Positions 49,601-64,000 of a DNA stretch of 64,000 bases are shown one piece after another. Position numbers and translations under genes: made by a program. This DNA comes from the human T2T-CHM13v2.0 reference genome, Homo sapiens, in NCBI RefSeq assembly GCF_009914755.1, contig NC_060927.1; one strand, written 5' to 3'. The notes beneath the pieces are model-generated. The model had not been told where the DNA came from. It did no database searches and was given only the letters and a program-made list of their open reading frames with translations. Numbering within the stretch: position 1 is the first letter of the stretch; every line of letters starts with the position of its first letter.

Positions 49601-51100
49601 AAAAATCAACTTGTGTGGGTCTATAAAGAAAGGACTACATTACCAGCTTAAAAATTAGCTTTCTATAAGTCAGCCTTGCTGATACACTCTACAGATGGGA
49701 TGTATTTTCACCCAATCAGGAAATACTTCAAAGTAACATTGATAGGTTCTTGTAAGCTTTTATATTATTCTTTATAGAACTTCAGTTATGGGCCAGATTT
49801 CCAAGGATTTATTACAATATCATGTGTGTGTTTTTTTGACCTCTAATCAGCTTTGTTCACATAAATGAATGCCAATGATTCGGATTTTTAAAATGCCCTT
49901 TGGCACATGAATTCAGTTCCTCCAGTCTTGTAAATAAATACAATCAGCCAGTGATATTAGACCATTGCTCTGCTTATGAATACATAACTTTAAGTGGTTG
50001 GTAAACCTGCACAAATACTAGAGACCTACAAGGCTCAGAAGTGAATTACTGACCTAGGAATAACAGGCTGTTTCATATCCAAAATGACACTGCCGACCCA
50101 AACTTAATAAGACCTGGGGTTTGACATTTTTTTCCAGACACAGTGATAGATTCTTACTGATCTATTTATACTCTATTGCCTGTTCCCAGTGTGATCAATA
50201 TTATGCAACAATAGATGGCTGACTGGAGTTATGAATGCTATTTGTGACCCTGATTCAACTCATACCGAATTCTGCTATACAGTGACCAGTGAGGTTCCTA
50301 TTCATTTAACATAGTTTATACTGAAGTATTATGTGGAACCATATGAAATTGATATTTTTATATGTCAAAACAGTCTAATGTCAGTTTTTTCATATGGACC
50401 AACCTAACATCAAAAGAATTTCTTTCAAAGGTTGTTTTGTCGTGTTCCTAGCGTATGGACTTTGTAACAGCAGTCCAAAATTTTTCTTAACACTTTGTTG
50501 TTATTTCCTGCTGGCTATATGTCCCTTTAACTTTAAATGTTTCAGAAGTGGTTTTTATGCTTCTTCTCTTTGCTTCTTGACTACTATGCATAATTCATCA
50601 AGAAAGATCAAATATGTTGCATTTATATAAAAAACACATCAAACATAACACAATTAAGCCTAAATCTTTTTTAAATAAGATTTTAAGGAAAGAAAGGTAA
50701 TATTGTTGAGCAATCTTAGGATAACAAGCAAAATTGTGTCAGCCAGATGACTGCTGGTGTGTCACTGAATAATTTACAGTACTTCTGAAGTAATAACAAT
50801 GTGTCCCCTGCAATCAGCCTGAGCTCTTTCTCAGCGGATGTATTACCAGTGAATCATACAAATTTTTGATCCTTCACACATATCTCTGTGCAAGGAATTG
50901 CCCAGGAAATTCCGAGAGTATGAATGAATTCCAAAATGTCAACTAAAAAAATACATACTCAGTCCTAGGTTATCTAGGTCATCCCTGGCAGGAAACATCA
51001 GTATCAAAAGAAAGTATTCTTTTTTTTTAAGTACAGATGATGAATTTATTCAACATTTTTGGGAAAAAAAAGCAAAGTTAACTAGTTAATTGTCAAACTA

Positions 51101-51423
51101 CGGATGCTTTTTGACTTATGATGGGGTTATGTCCCCATAACCCCATTGTAAGTTGAAAATCTTACATCAAAAATGCATTTAATACACTTAACCTACCGAA
51201 CATCATAGCCTAGCCTAGCCTACCTTAAATGTGCTCAGAATACATACATTTGTCTACAGTTGGGCAAAACAATCTAACACAAAGCCTATATAATAAAGCT
51301 AGTTGTTATGAAGAATTTTGAATCAAAATTCAAAGTATGGTTTCTACTGAATGTATATGGCTTTTGCACGATTGTACAGTCAAAAAATCATAAGCCAAAC
51401 CACCATAAATCAGGGACCATCTG
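51101..51423 (+). mobile_element. MER47-like (Tigger) DNA transposon
   Basis: TA-flanked TIRs CGGATGC..GACTTATGATGG and CCATAAATCAGGGACCATCTG. Internal CATCATAGCCTAGCCTAGCCTACCTTAAA. Confidence 0.8.
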
Positions 51424-52359
51424 TAATTTTAACTCCTAAAATAGCTCAAGGCAATAAGAAATATCATTTGTTTTTGACAAGTAGAAGTTTGAGGTAAATC
51501 TGCAGGATTTTCTCACACATTTCCACAAGACTAAAACTCATTGCATAGTAAACCTTTAATGCTTTAGATCAACTTTGAAAAATCCCACTATTTTACCTTT
51601 ATCTTTGCTATTGACTCCCTGTGTCAAACTGGGGAATTCACTTAATCTCTCTTATATTAAATTCTCCAACTTGTGCAATAGATACACAGATTATTAGCAA
51701 AGTAGGCAATTGTAAAGTGTTGATTTTGATGGAATTTTATTGATTTTAGCTATTTCCAAGCCCTGGTATACTTATCTAATACTTATATTTGAATATAAGC
51801 AATCTTTTATTGTCACCATTAAAATGGCTTTAAAAGTCTTAGGAAGGCTAATAAAGTTAGTGCAAACACTTTTGAAAGTGTCAGATTATAACAGACATGC
51901 TAAATAATATTATAATGTTATCACTAAACATTTGAATCCCCCTTTCCCTTTGTTAGCATGAGAACACACTCTTTCCTCTGATTTGAAGTGGGAAAAGGGC
52001 TAGAAAGTAGAATATGGAAAAAAGGGCTCTTCTAGTACCTAAACCTGATAGCCAGTGGGCAGATGAATATGAATTGGATTTGCTATTCTTCAACTATTTT
52101 TCTTTCTGGAGGCTGAGCTGTCTGGCTTTTTCTATGAGGGCTGTAGCCTACAAGATGGCAGATCATGCCAGAGTGCTAGAACCATCACATAGATCTCAAG
52201 GGAAGAACATGGTTGCTGCCTAAGAATTGTTATTGTAAAGATTATGAGCCTGAGAGTGCCTTAAAGCTATCCAGACTTGTTCAACCCACTACTAGAAAAG
52301 TGAGTCTGCCCTAGCACTATGGCATTTTAGGACCCGTGTCTCAAACACATTTCCTTTCC

Positions 52360-52969
<610 letters not shown>

Positions 52970-53092
52970 ACATCCTGTTTAAAATTTTTTATTTTTTTAC
53001 TTTGCCCTTCGTTTTCTGACTAGCTCAACCTCTCACTGGCTTCTTTCTTTTAAGCCACCTCCTGACTATGGTTGTGCCCTTTTCTTTGTGTA

Positions 53093-53437
53093 TGGATGGT
53101 CCTGACATAAGATGGTTGAATTTACCATTTTTTGACTTTACAATGGTGTGAAAGTGATACTCATTCAGTAGAAACCATACTTTGAGTTCCTATACAACCA
53201 TTCTATTTTTCACTTTCAGTACAGCATTCAATAAATTACATGAGATATTCAACAGTTTATTATAAAATATGCTTTGCGTTAGGTAATTTTGCCTAATGTA
53301 GGCTAGTGTCCTAAGTGTTCTGGGCATGTTTAACGTAAGCTAGGCTAAGCTGTAATGTTTGGTAAACTAGGTGCATTTTCAACTTATAATGGGTTTTTGG
53401 GGACATAGTCTCATCCTAAGTTGAGCATCATCATCTA
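53093..53437 (-). mobile_element. MER47A-like DNA transposon
   Basis: Reverse-complement similarity to 51101-51423 (ATTCAGTAGAAACCATACTTTGA; GCTAGGCTAAGCT). Confidence 0.8.
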
Positions 53438-53942
53438 TACTCTAAACTCTAAGAGGTCAGGAATTGTATCTGTTTGGTTTATAGCTGAATCTTGAGTACT
53501 TTTAACACAGTGCCTGGAACACAGTAGCTGAATGGAAGCTGATATTCAATGTTATGCATGACTTTCTTGCATGATTATGTGGTTGGGAAATGTCTCTGGC
53601 AGAACCCCTACCCCAGAGCCGGCTTCAGGGTCACAGACCTCTTTCCAGGATTTTTGTGAATTCTGGGGACAGGGAACCAGAAATAATATATCTTGAGGTT
53701 TGCAAAAATCAAAGAGTCAGTGGACTTATGTGCACCCAAGTAGATTCAAATGGGAATCAAGATGATCAACCTTTTCTTGGGAAAAAAAAAAAAAAAACTA
53801 ACATAATGTAAGGTATTTAAAAAAAATGATCTATTTTGCAAAAGATCCAGAAAAGAGTATGCTAATTTACCTGATTTGAGCTTTTTGTTTATTTGCAGTG
53901 ACTCCTGAAGTTTCTCAGGTTTGGGAAGTACACAACACTTAC

Positions 53943-54340
53943 CTTCAATGGTACACTGATCAGGGACTGGAATCTTCTTTCCAATTTCCATGGCATATGC
54001 TTTCACTTTGCTGAGGTTTTTTTTTAAGTGCAAGTAGAGCTTATCTTGGTATTCTATAGGACTTGCAGTTGTCTCTGGAGTTTCTTCCTGGGAGTTTTCT
54101 TTAACAGTTTCTGACAAATTCTCTGAGTCTATATGTATAATATTTGGGTATGAAACTGAAGACTCCCCCAGCTGTGATCTCTCAGTGTCTGTCTTAAACG
54201 GCAGCTTGTCATTTCCTTGGCCAAGTGGGTCTATTTCTGAAAGAGAGATGCTGGCTGGTATGTCTCCCCTGTTTTCATCTTCGCCGTCATCTGAACCCAC
54301 ACCCTTTGTGAGCATAGTGTGGAAAGCCAAACTTTTTGAC
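53943..54340 (-). CDS. VEPH1: VEPH1 internal coding exon, 398 bp (probably exon 9; SKSLAFHTMLTKG...KKIPVPDQCTIE)
   Basis: Lies within ORF 53746..54351. Acceptor CTCTAG|G at 54341-54342, donor GAAG|GTAAGT at 53941-53942, phase 2/1. Confidence 0.95.
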
Positions 54341-54881
54341 CTAGAGTTCAAACAAAGGGAAAGTTAAAGAAGTTGTGTTACCATTCACTGACAAGGAAAA
54401 GAAATAATAATAATATTGGGACAAAAAGTTACTTCCTCTGGAGTGTGAAACTATTAACAGGCCTGATAAATGTATACCACCAATAAATGATGTAATAAAC
54501 CAAACCTTTGAAAATCTAAGTCACCTCCAAAAACAAAGTTTAAAAATCAATTTCATGGCAAAACTGGCTGCAAAATAGTAGACTTACATATTTTTCATCT
54601 TTGTCTACTTTTGCTTTTGATTTTTCATCAGAAATCAAGAGACAGTATTTTCCATATGGCATATAAGCAATAGATTTGTTTTCCATTCATAGTACCCATT
54701 TAAAATAGTGAGTTTCTTTGGATAATGAGAGCATTGTGGATGATATTTCATTCATGTAAGGATGGCACTTTGGGTGGCAATGGGTAAAAGATATATAAAA
54801 AACACCCCATAACAGAGTGATAACAAAGCTAATAGCGAACATGAAGTGTATGATTTAAAAAACAAACCAAACGAGTTATAC

Positions 54882-55091
54882 CTGTTAAATCTAATGTTTT
54901 TTCTTTCTTCTTTAGAAACTTGGCCCAGACTATATCTTCTGATAGAGCCAGGGGTATTGCTCCCTGCATTTATCTTGTCTTCAAAAGCCTGGATTTTAAC
55001 TTGGAGTTTTTCATGGTCTTCATTTTCAGTTACTATGAGCTTGGTTTCTTCCAGTTTCTCAGGGAATTCAATTTCAGTGCTGATTTTTCTC
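54882..55091 (-). CDS. VEPH1: VEPH1 internal coding exon, 210 bp (probably exon 8; RKISTEIEFPEKLEETKL...KEERKNIRFNR)
   Basis: Acceptor TTCCTTTAG|G at 55092-55093 and donor AG|GTATAA at 54880-54881. Open frame, phase 2/2, joins the next exon in frame (FNR-SKSL). Peptide recognised as VEPH1. Confidence 0.93.
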
Positions 55092-55959
55092 CTAAAGGAA
55101 TATAAATCATTGCATTAGATGCAGGTCATATATACTCTTCAGAACAGTGTTATTCTCTATTTAACTGCCTCTCACTCAGAAGCAAAAGCTTTGCCTGATA
55201 ATTTTTTTCATTGGTCATTTAACAAGTATTTACTGCAGGCATAGGTCTTTGAAATTGCTTCTACAGCTTGTTCTGCCAGAAATTTAGAAACAGTGGTGTT
55301 TATGTGAACTTTGTATTAAAAATGCTTTTTAAGAGTTCAAAGAATAAAAAGCAGTTTTTATGCTCATGTACCATATTCTTTTTTAGAAATTCTTCAAATG
55401 TATGTCTTTCACATGAAATGTGTGCCAGATATTTTCTAAAAAATTTACATGTGCTGATATGTTTGTACTGAAATTACAGAATAAGAACATTTCACATGCA
55501 CTGTATAAACTCATGGTTTTGTTAATTTTTAAAAAATCAGTATAACTCTTATACCTTCCAAGGAGAAATATCTTTCTGAATTTTAAGATGTTGGAAGAAA
55601 GAGGTTTTCTGTGAACGATATTAATATAGACCCAAATATCTTTTATAGTAGAGTTTATAAACCACTTTGTGGGTCATTAAAATTACTTCCTTTAAAGCAG
55701 GGGCCATGTGTGGTATAATTTTGGATTTCCTCTGAGGGCTAACAGTGCCTTAGCTAGAATAAGCACCTACAAATAAGCTGCAGAAATAGCTTTCTGATGT
55801 TCACTGAGGTGCTGAGTAATTATAGGAAAGTAGCATGCATTTATCTTCCCTTATTTATCTTCTAATACTGAGCTGGCCTACAGCTACTTTAATTTTTATT
55901 CAACAACCACTATCCATTTTTATAACGTATGGTGTTAGTATTAATTCTTTTCTTAAAAA

Positions 55960-56775
55960 ACAAGGATAAAAGGAATTATTTTTACTTACCACACTTTTGA
56001 CACCCAATATGTGGGTTTTTTTCTCATACCAACTAATTCTCCAACCCTCTAGACACCAACTGGGTGTCCTACAGTTCAATTCAATCCTAACACTAACGAC
56101 CTGGAATTAGCCCCAGACTCCACAGATGGCCCCCAGTTCAGATGCCAGTGAGAAGTATGGGGTCCCCAGCTTACACTTCTGTTCAACTTGGCTACAAAGG
56201 TTCCTGCACCACCCCACCCCCATGGTTCAATAATTCACTGGAATGACTCATAGGACTCAGGAAAACACTTTAACTTATTATTATTGGGTTTATTATAAAG
56301 GATACAACTCAGAAACACCCCAGTAGAAGAGATGCATAGGGCAAGGTATGGGAGAAGGGGCACAGAGCTTCTGTGCCCTTTCTGGGTACGCTGTACTCCC
56401 AGCAACTCAATGTGTTCACCAATCTGGAAGTTCTTGGAATTTTAGGGGTTATTATGACGGTTTCATTATTCAGGCATGATTGATTAAATGATTACCATTG
56501 GCGGTTAACTCGATCTTCAGCCCCTCTCCCCTCCCCAGAGACTGGGGTTGGGTGAGTTATAGGGTAAGATAGAGAATGGGGCTGAAAGTTCCAACAGTGT
56601 AATCATGCCTTGGTCCTTCCTGTGACCAGACCCAATCCTCAAGAAATCTAGGGGTCCCTGCCAACAGTCATCTCATTAGCATATAAAAGACACCCATCAA
56701 TCTGAGATTCTGAGGGTTTAGGAGCTGTATGCCATGAACTCGGGACAGAGACAAAGTATTTATTTTTTATTACAG
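55960..56775 (-). mobile_element. MER21-like solo LTR
   Basis: GACACCAACTGGGTGTCCTACAGTTCAATTC...CATCTCATTAGCATATAAAAGACAC...TTTAGGAGCTGTATGCCA. Confidence 0.75.
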
Positions 56776-56928
56776 TATATAATAATCCCTAGAAATATAT
56801 TCACCAAGATGGTCTAATGATTTTGTTGGTTTGTCTGTGTGCATTTACTTGGCTGTCTTTAGTATTTTTCCAAGACATTGAGGAAAGGGCCCAGACTTAG
56901 AGAAAAATCTTGGCTTTTTCAAACATTA

Positions 56929-57404
<476 letters not shown>

Positions 57405-58254
57405 CTAATTTTTTCAGTTATAATCTACCCATTCTGGCACCTATATCTGCGGTGGACACTGGTGAAGCACTGCGTTAGCAGGGTTGGATAGTGAAGTTTT
57501 TCTGGCTGGCCCAGAGAGGACAGCAGTCCTGGCGTTGAGGGAGGGTTCATGATTATGGGCCCTCAGTGGTCAGAATTCACCTGTAGGTCCAGCCCAGGGA
57601 CAGCTGCTGATGATTCAAAGTGGGAACCAGCATCTTTTAGGTAACAAGGCAATTGTTTATTGTTTAATAAGCGGTTGCTGATACAATTTAAAACCATTTT
57701 TCTTACATAATTTTATAAGTTTTCTATGGCTTTACATAATTTTTATCTACTCATACCATGCATAAATAAAATATACATTGGTAGATTGCAAGAATCAGTA
57801 TGTGGGAATAGAGGCTAGGCTTGAAAATGTTTTTCTTTCTGACATATATATGATATTGGCTACAGTCAAATAGATGGGAGGCTTTGACATCTTATAGCCA
57901 GAAGATTCTAAATGTTTACTCCCATTACAAATGAAACCAAGATAATGCTATCTCTAGATGCTATTTTACAAACCATGATGATTGCCAAGGTTAATTTTAA
58001 AAAATCTAATGGACTTACCACACAAGAAATTTTGGGGAGTATTTATTTTCTATCCACATTAGTTCATGTATAGTCATGAAACTAAAATATTTCTCTGGTT
58101 CCATGGAACCTAATCACCCTTCAAAATTAAAAGATGCCTTTATTTCAAATATTTCTATAGCTGGGGTCATTAAAACTTAAAAATTTGTAAAGCATAACTT
58201 GTAACCCAAAATGTAAGTATTAGATATTGAGCATTATATAAATGTTTTAATGTT

Positions 58255-58390
58255 TTAATTTTTAAGTTTTTAGAGATGGGGGTCTTGCCATGTTTTCCAG
58301 GCTGGCCTCAAACATCTGGGCCCTAGCAGTTCTCCTATCTCAGCCTTCTGAGTAGCTGGGACTACAGGTGTGTGCCGCTGTGCCTGACTA
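58255..58390 (-). mobile_element. FLAM monomer
   Basis: Single antisense Alu arm. Confidence 0.8.
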
Positions 58391-59007
58391 TACAGATTTT
58401 TAAACTTCAAAACATATGAATTGTTAGAGGAAAATTTCTCATGAATTTATAATTTTTTTCTTTCTGTCTAAAGCTCTGGCTTATATCAGTTACAATAATC
58501 ACATTTTCTTCAAAAAAACTTCAAATTTCATAGATTATAGAAAATGTCCTAAGATAATTTTATTGGATCAGTTTTTTATTCTTAAAAAAGTTTCATATTT
58601 ATGGAAATCCTTCTTTTGTTTGTTGTACTCTTTATATCAGTTTCACCATCTATAAAATGCAGATAATAACTGTACTTAACTCACGGGGTTGGTAGAATGA
58701 TTAAATGACAGAACCAACATGAAGCAGTGTTCCTAACACATAACAAGCAGTCATCACATGTTAGATTTTATTACTGTCAGGCTGTAGGAGGGGATGGCCA
58801 CTTAAGCCCCTTTCCGTGCCTGTGTCTCCAGTGACCAGATATTGGTTAGCAAGCCCTGCAGCCTGGATGCATCAGAGCTTTAGTAGCTGGAAGCAGCCTT
58901 CCTTCATGTTCAAGTTGCTTTATAGCATTACTCTGATGAGATGCTGGGCATGACACTCACTGACCCCAAGAGGGCAGGTTGGGTGCCTCAAGGGTAAGGA
59001 TTCTCAG

Positions 59008-59530
<523 letters not shown>

Positions 59531-59686
59531 GCAACTCTGGGATAAATCCCTGCTGCACTGTGGGCAGGGACCTGTACAACCCATCTGGTCTGGCACAGTG
59601 CTTGGCACACACAGGACCTGGAATTTTTGTAGAATAAGTGAACTGAGACCACATTGTTGTCTGAAGTCAGCCTGCCACCCACCTCT

Positions 59687-59784
59687 AAACAACAACAACC
59701 ACCACAAAACACAAAAAACAAAACAAACAAATAACAACAACAACAACAAAAACCAAATGAAAAAAAAAAAAAAAAAAAAAAAAA
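59687..59784 (+). repeat. (CAA)n / poly(A) low-complexity tract
   Basis: Read directly from the sequence. Confidence 0.9.
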
Positions 59785-62044
59785 CCTCCTGAGGTCTACC
59801 AGATGCCCATGAGAGACTGGCCACTTCTCCTGGCCCTTCAGGGTTTGGGGATGGCACAGTGCTATTTGGTAAACATGAAATGTGGAGAGAAGCAGGGAGC
59901 AAGAGTAGAGGCAAAAAGAGTAATTTGCAAGGGAACAAATATGAAGAATGAAGAAGCAACAATAAAATGTCTGGGATAAAGAAATGCTCTCTAGATCTAA
60001 GGCTGATGAGAATTCTCACCGCAAAGACTTTCTCTTCTGCACAATCTCCCTTGGTTTTATGATTTAGATTTGTAGAGCACAGAAGTCAGTGGACTGGGGT
60101 GGTAATGAAGTCATTGAGGCAGCCAAGGTCTCCAGATGGGTCAAAGGGAACTTTCTGTTTCTGGCCATCAATCCACCTGGGCATGCCACAGAACTTTGCT
60201 GGCAGGGAGGTAGGACAAATTTCAATTCCAATAAATTGGAAGGTCAGGAAATGGTAGATAGAGGGTTTGGGTTTATCATAAACATTCCCTTTCCTTTACT
60301 TCTTTTCCTCTTGCTTTTAAAATTTAATATAAAAAGATAGAAGTATTTTGTTCGAAACAAAGTTTTTGAACAAAAAGTTCAAAAACCAAGATCTTTTCCT
60401 GAGATAAACTTCTGCTTCCCTCCTAGAGCAAGGAAACACATCACAAATGTGAAAGTGCTGGCAGATCCATGGGTCCTGTATGTGTTTACTCATAGAGTGG
60501 TGGGGGCAGGGGCCAGTGGATTGGGCTCACTTAGGGGGTTGTTATTTCTTTTCCATTTGTCACTTTTGACCCCAGAGGTAATTTTACAGAAATCTTTGCC
60601 AGAGTTCTATAATCCCCTAAATATTAACTTGGCCTTAACTCAACACACCACATTACAAGAGGTTCAGATAATTTCTAGTCTGAACAGTTTCTGGTCTCTG
60701 TTGCCAAAGCAAAGTTTTTAAAAGTACATCTAGGGATTCCCAGGGGGAGGCCTAATTACCTCCCTCTTGTGTGAACGGGGACTTCCCTTAGAAACAAATT
60801 GGCCCTTGGGCTGCTCGCTGCTCTCACTAAGCGGGGAGATGAGACTATAAAGCTGGCAGGGGGTGGAAAGATTGGCAGCCTCTCTTCCTGGCTCCTTAAA
60901 TCAAAGAAAAATAATATTAGTTAATGTTTGATGATCTTGGCCTACAATTCCATGTCCAGGATATGTACTCCTGCAGAGTTAAGCTTGTTAAAGGAGAAGT
61001 AGGAGAATGCAATGGACTAAATCCACATTGGAGTCCTGAATTCTTAGAATGCTACGTTCCTTACTCTTCAGTAATCTCTTGGGTCATCAGTCATCATAGA
61101 GAAGATCCCCCAACTTCACAGTGCTAGCATCTGTTTTGGGACTGCAATAAATAATGCTGCTGGAACACCTAAGCTGGAATGTTAAGGGAAAGGACAACAA
61201 TAAGACTCAGTTCTTGGTATCTATTCTGCCTCTGACCTGCTCAGTGGGCAAAAGCAGAGATGGGCAGGTACCTAGTTATGTGGGGATCAGAATGTGATCA
61301 TGCCAATGGTAGAACTCTGCTAAAATGAAATAACTCCATGGTTTACTTCATTTACACAAAATTTTAAAAGAGTTTTCAAAAGGAGACAGTTGTGGGGGAA
61401 ACTGACTGAACAGAATCTTATGGGGAAAAGCTTAGGTTCATAACTCCAATTTCATGTTTATTAGTGATGCTATAAAACTCTTAAGGACTCTAAGTTTTAT
61501 TTTTGTTATATAAAAATGGGATTGATATTACATCATCAGATTGCTGAAAGCATTGTATAAGATACTGGATTTGACAGTGTTGCTCACATAGAATGGGCAT
61601 GAAAAATTCAAGGCATGGTAAAACCCTGAGTGGCTGCTGCTTAATGTGGACATTTGACACTGAAAGAAGGAGGTTTGCGCAAGTGTTACCAATCCTAGAA
61701 GATATGCTTTTCCTGCTCAAAGCCAGGGAGGACTATAAAATCCCTCCTCTTACTGCAGTATCTTAAACAGTGCGTACTAAAAGAGAGGGACTCTCCTACT
61801 CCATGAGCATACAAGAACTGGGATATAGAAATGGCCAATTAAAAATAAATCCCTGTACTTGAAATATGAATTCTGAGCAACTGCAGACAGAATTTCCTGA
61901 AATTAGAATGAAAATATAAAAGCCATGATACAAGGAAGGGACACTTCTAATTCAGATGCCCAATCATTTGCTCACTTTTCAGTTATTTAACCAACATGGG
62001 AGAGAATAAGACACGGAAAAGGGATCAGCAAAAAGTGCAAAGCC

Positions 62045-62218
62045 CCTGCTTTTCCTACTCAAAGTGAGATCCCTGGACCAGCGGCATCAGCATCACCTTG
62101 GAGCTTGTCAGAAGTGCAGAATCTCAGGTTCTGATCCCAGATCTACTGAATCAGAATGTGCACTTTAATACGGTCCCCAGGTGTCCAGTGACACGTTCAA
62201 ATTTTGAGAAGCGATGGC
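62045..62218. mobile_element. MER5A
   Basis: CTCAAAGTG..CCCTGGACCAGCGGCATCAGCATCACC..GCAGAATCTCAGG. Confidence 0.8.
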
Positions 62219-63261
62219 CCAGACAATGAAATAAGAGAATCTGAAGTGGACCAGGGCAGAGGCCTTTTTCCTCAAGCAAGGCTGCTGAGGGTTTCACTAA
62301 TTCTGTAGTAAGGTAAGACTTAATCTGTGGATTATTTGGAGTTGGTAGGCTTTGCCTTTTATCCTTTTGGGGATACATTCCGAGGTAAAGGTACATTTTC
62401 GGGTTTTGCTGCTGGCAGATACTGGTTCAGATGGACCCCGAATCTTTAGATTCCTGAGACGACTGGGCATATCAGGTGAGCAGTAGCCTTAACAGAAGAC
62501 GGCCGCCCCATCCTAATGAACTGCCACCCAGATATAACACAAGTTACAAAATCACTCTGTAAATTATAAAGGACTGTAAAAAACGTAGAGTAGGAATATC
62601 ATCAAAGCACTGTCAATCAAGAGGGAGACCTGTAAGGCAATGTGCTCTTCTTTGTCTAGGCTGACTTTATCGTCTGGGCACAGGAGCAAGCAATAGGGTC
62701 TGGCCATGAGGATTAAAGAGCTAAGACATTGTCACTCTTGGCATTTGACACTGGAAGAGCAGGAAAAATGGTTAAAATTTTCCTATTTGATACATCTTCT
62801 CATAGTCTTCATCTCAAATATGATACTGTAACCCAATTTTAATTGATAGAAACATAGTTACCCAGAAATGGAGGATATACTTAATCAAAAACACATCAAT
62901 AACTGACCTGGGGATAGAACTCCTACATAAAATTCTGTGATTCAATTCCTAGTCTACCTAGAATTCAGCCCTTACCTATAGCAAAGTTTATCTAACAGCC
63001 TTCAGGCTGCCAACTAATGAAAAGCCTATCTTTTGCTTTATGATGAATATGAATAATATTAAGAACCATTTTTCCTCAACTGTAACCCATCTTAGAGTAG
63101 CTGTATCTCAACCATGGCCACACTGGTGTGTGTTCATCACCTTTCATTTATTAAATCTCTTTCCTTTAGGTCCCAGAAGAAAGTTTAGGGAATAAAATAT
63201 TAGGTATTAAAGAGAGCTCTCAGACTTAGTCTGGGTCCAGCTGTATCCAACATTTAATACG

Positions 63262-63540
63262 GTAGCTTTTAAACTCACTGTAGTAAAGAACTATTTTTTT
63301 TTTAAATTTTCATGTCACAGACCAATATTTTTGTAAAAATAGCAAAAATAAACTACTAGAGAAACGCAATGAATAAAACAAGACATACAACGTCCACTGA
63401 TCAGGTACTTGGATATTACAGCAATGTTAAATTGCTATAAAAGTTCTAACTTCTTATTTTCTTATTTTTAATATCTGCAATCGCTTCATCACAGTCTGAT
63501 AAGAAACAGTTTGCAGATGGGCACTGGTCTAGTGGATATG
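63262..63540 (-). mobile_element. MER119-like hAT-Charlie
   Basis: CTTGGATATTACAGCAATGTTAAATTGCTATAAAAGTTCTAA resembles the recalled MER119 consensus. Confidence 0.6.
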
Positions 63541-63587
63541 CCAACACCTATTATAATGCACACCTGTAACAAAGTGCTAATGCTACT

Positions 63588-63790
63588 CATTAACATTTAC
63601 AGAGGGCTTTCTATGTATAGTCTTCACTGTTCTAAATCTGGTACATGAATTGCTTCTCACACAATCAAGGGAGGCTGACCCTATTAGTAACTCCATTTAC
63701 AGATGAGGAAACTGAGGCACACTTAAGGTCACTTAGCTAAACCAACATTAAATCCAACTGTTTGCCTCCAGAGCTCTCACTTAACACTCC
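63588..63790 (-). mobile_element. MIR
   Basis: CCATTTACAGATGAGGAAACTGAGGCAC core. Confidence 0.75.
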
Positions 63791-64000
63791 ACTCTGCACA
63801 CTTCCTCTAAGTAGGTGTGATTCAGGTTACATCTGAATCTACCCCAGGAATAAGTAATACATATTAGGGCACTGGTGATATAGCACGGTAACCAAGAAGA
63901 GTTATTACAATCTGATATCTCTGAATAACATCCTGTGGGAATCAGACACCAGAATAGAGTTGATATATAGTCACGGGAGCAACCCTTTGTATTAATTGGA

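Noticed and set aside
53746-54351. 201-aa ORF as a stand-alone gene
   Set aside because: It is the 398-bp VEPH1 exon plus read-through into flanking introns. Canonical splice sites bound the real coding part.

Overview
Primate (almost certainly human) genomic DNA, AT-rich and dense in repeats. It carries four internal coding exons of VEPH1 (Melted homolog) on the minus strand: 55091-54882, 54340-53943, 7780-7641 and 4334-4200. These join in frame across GT-AG introns, one of about 46 kb. The rest is intronic: about 18 Alus, a full-length inactive L1PA5-like element with a 15-bp TSD, older L1s, LTRs, MIR/L2 and DNA-transposon fossils. No prokaryotic-type system (CRISPR, operon) is present. The most notable signals are: (i) the L1 antisense-promoter/ORF0 splice donor is in phase with the next VEPH1 exon and has two new in-frame ATGs, predicting a possible L1-driven C-terminal VEPH1 isoform; (ii) an old L1 rearranged by template switching, with two inverted internal copies; (iii) several smaller template-switch scars; (iv) inverted Alu pairs around VEPH1 exons. 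Repeat subfamily names and exon numbers come from recalled consensus sequences, not from a database search.
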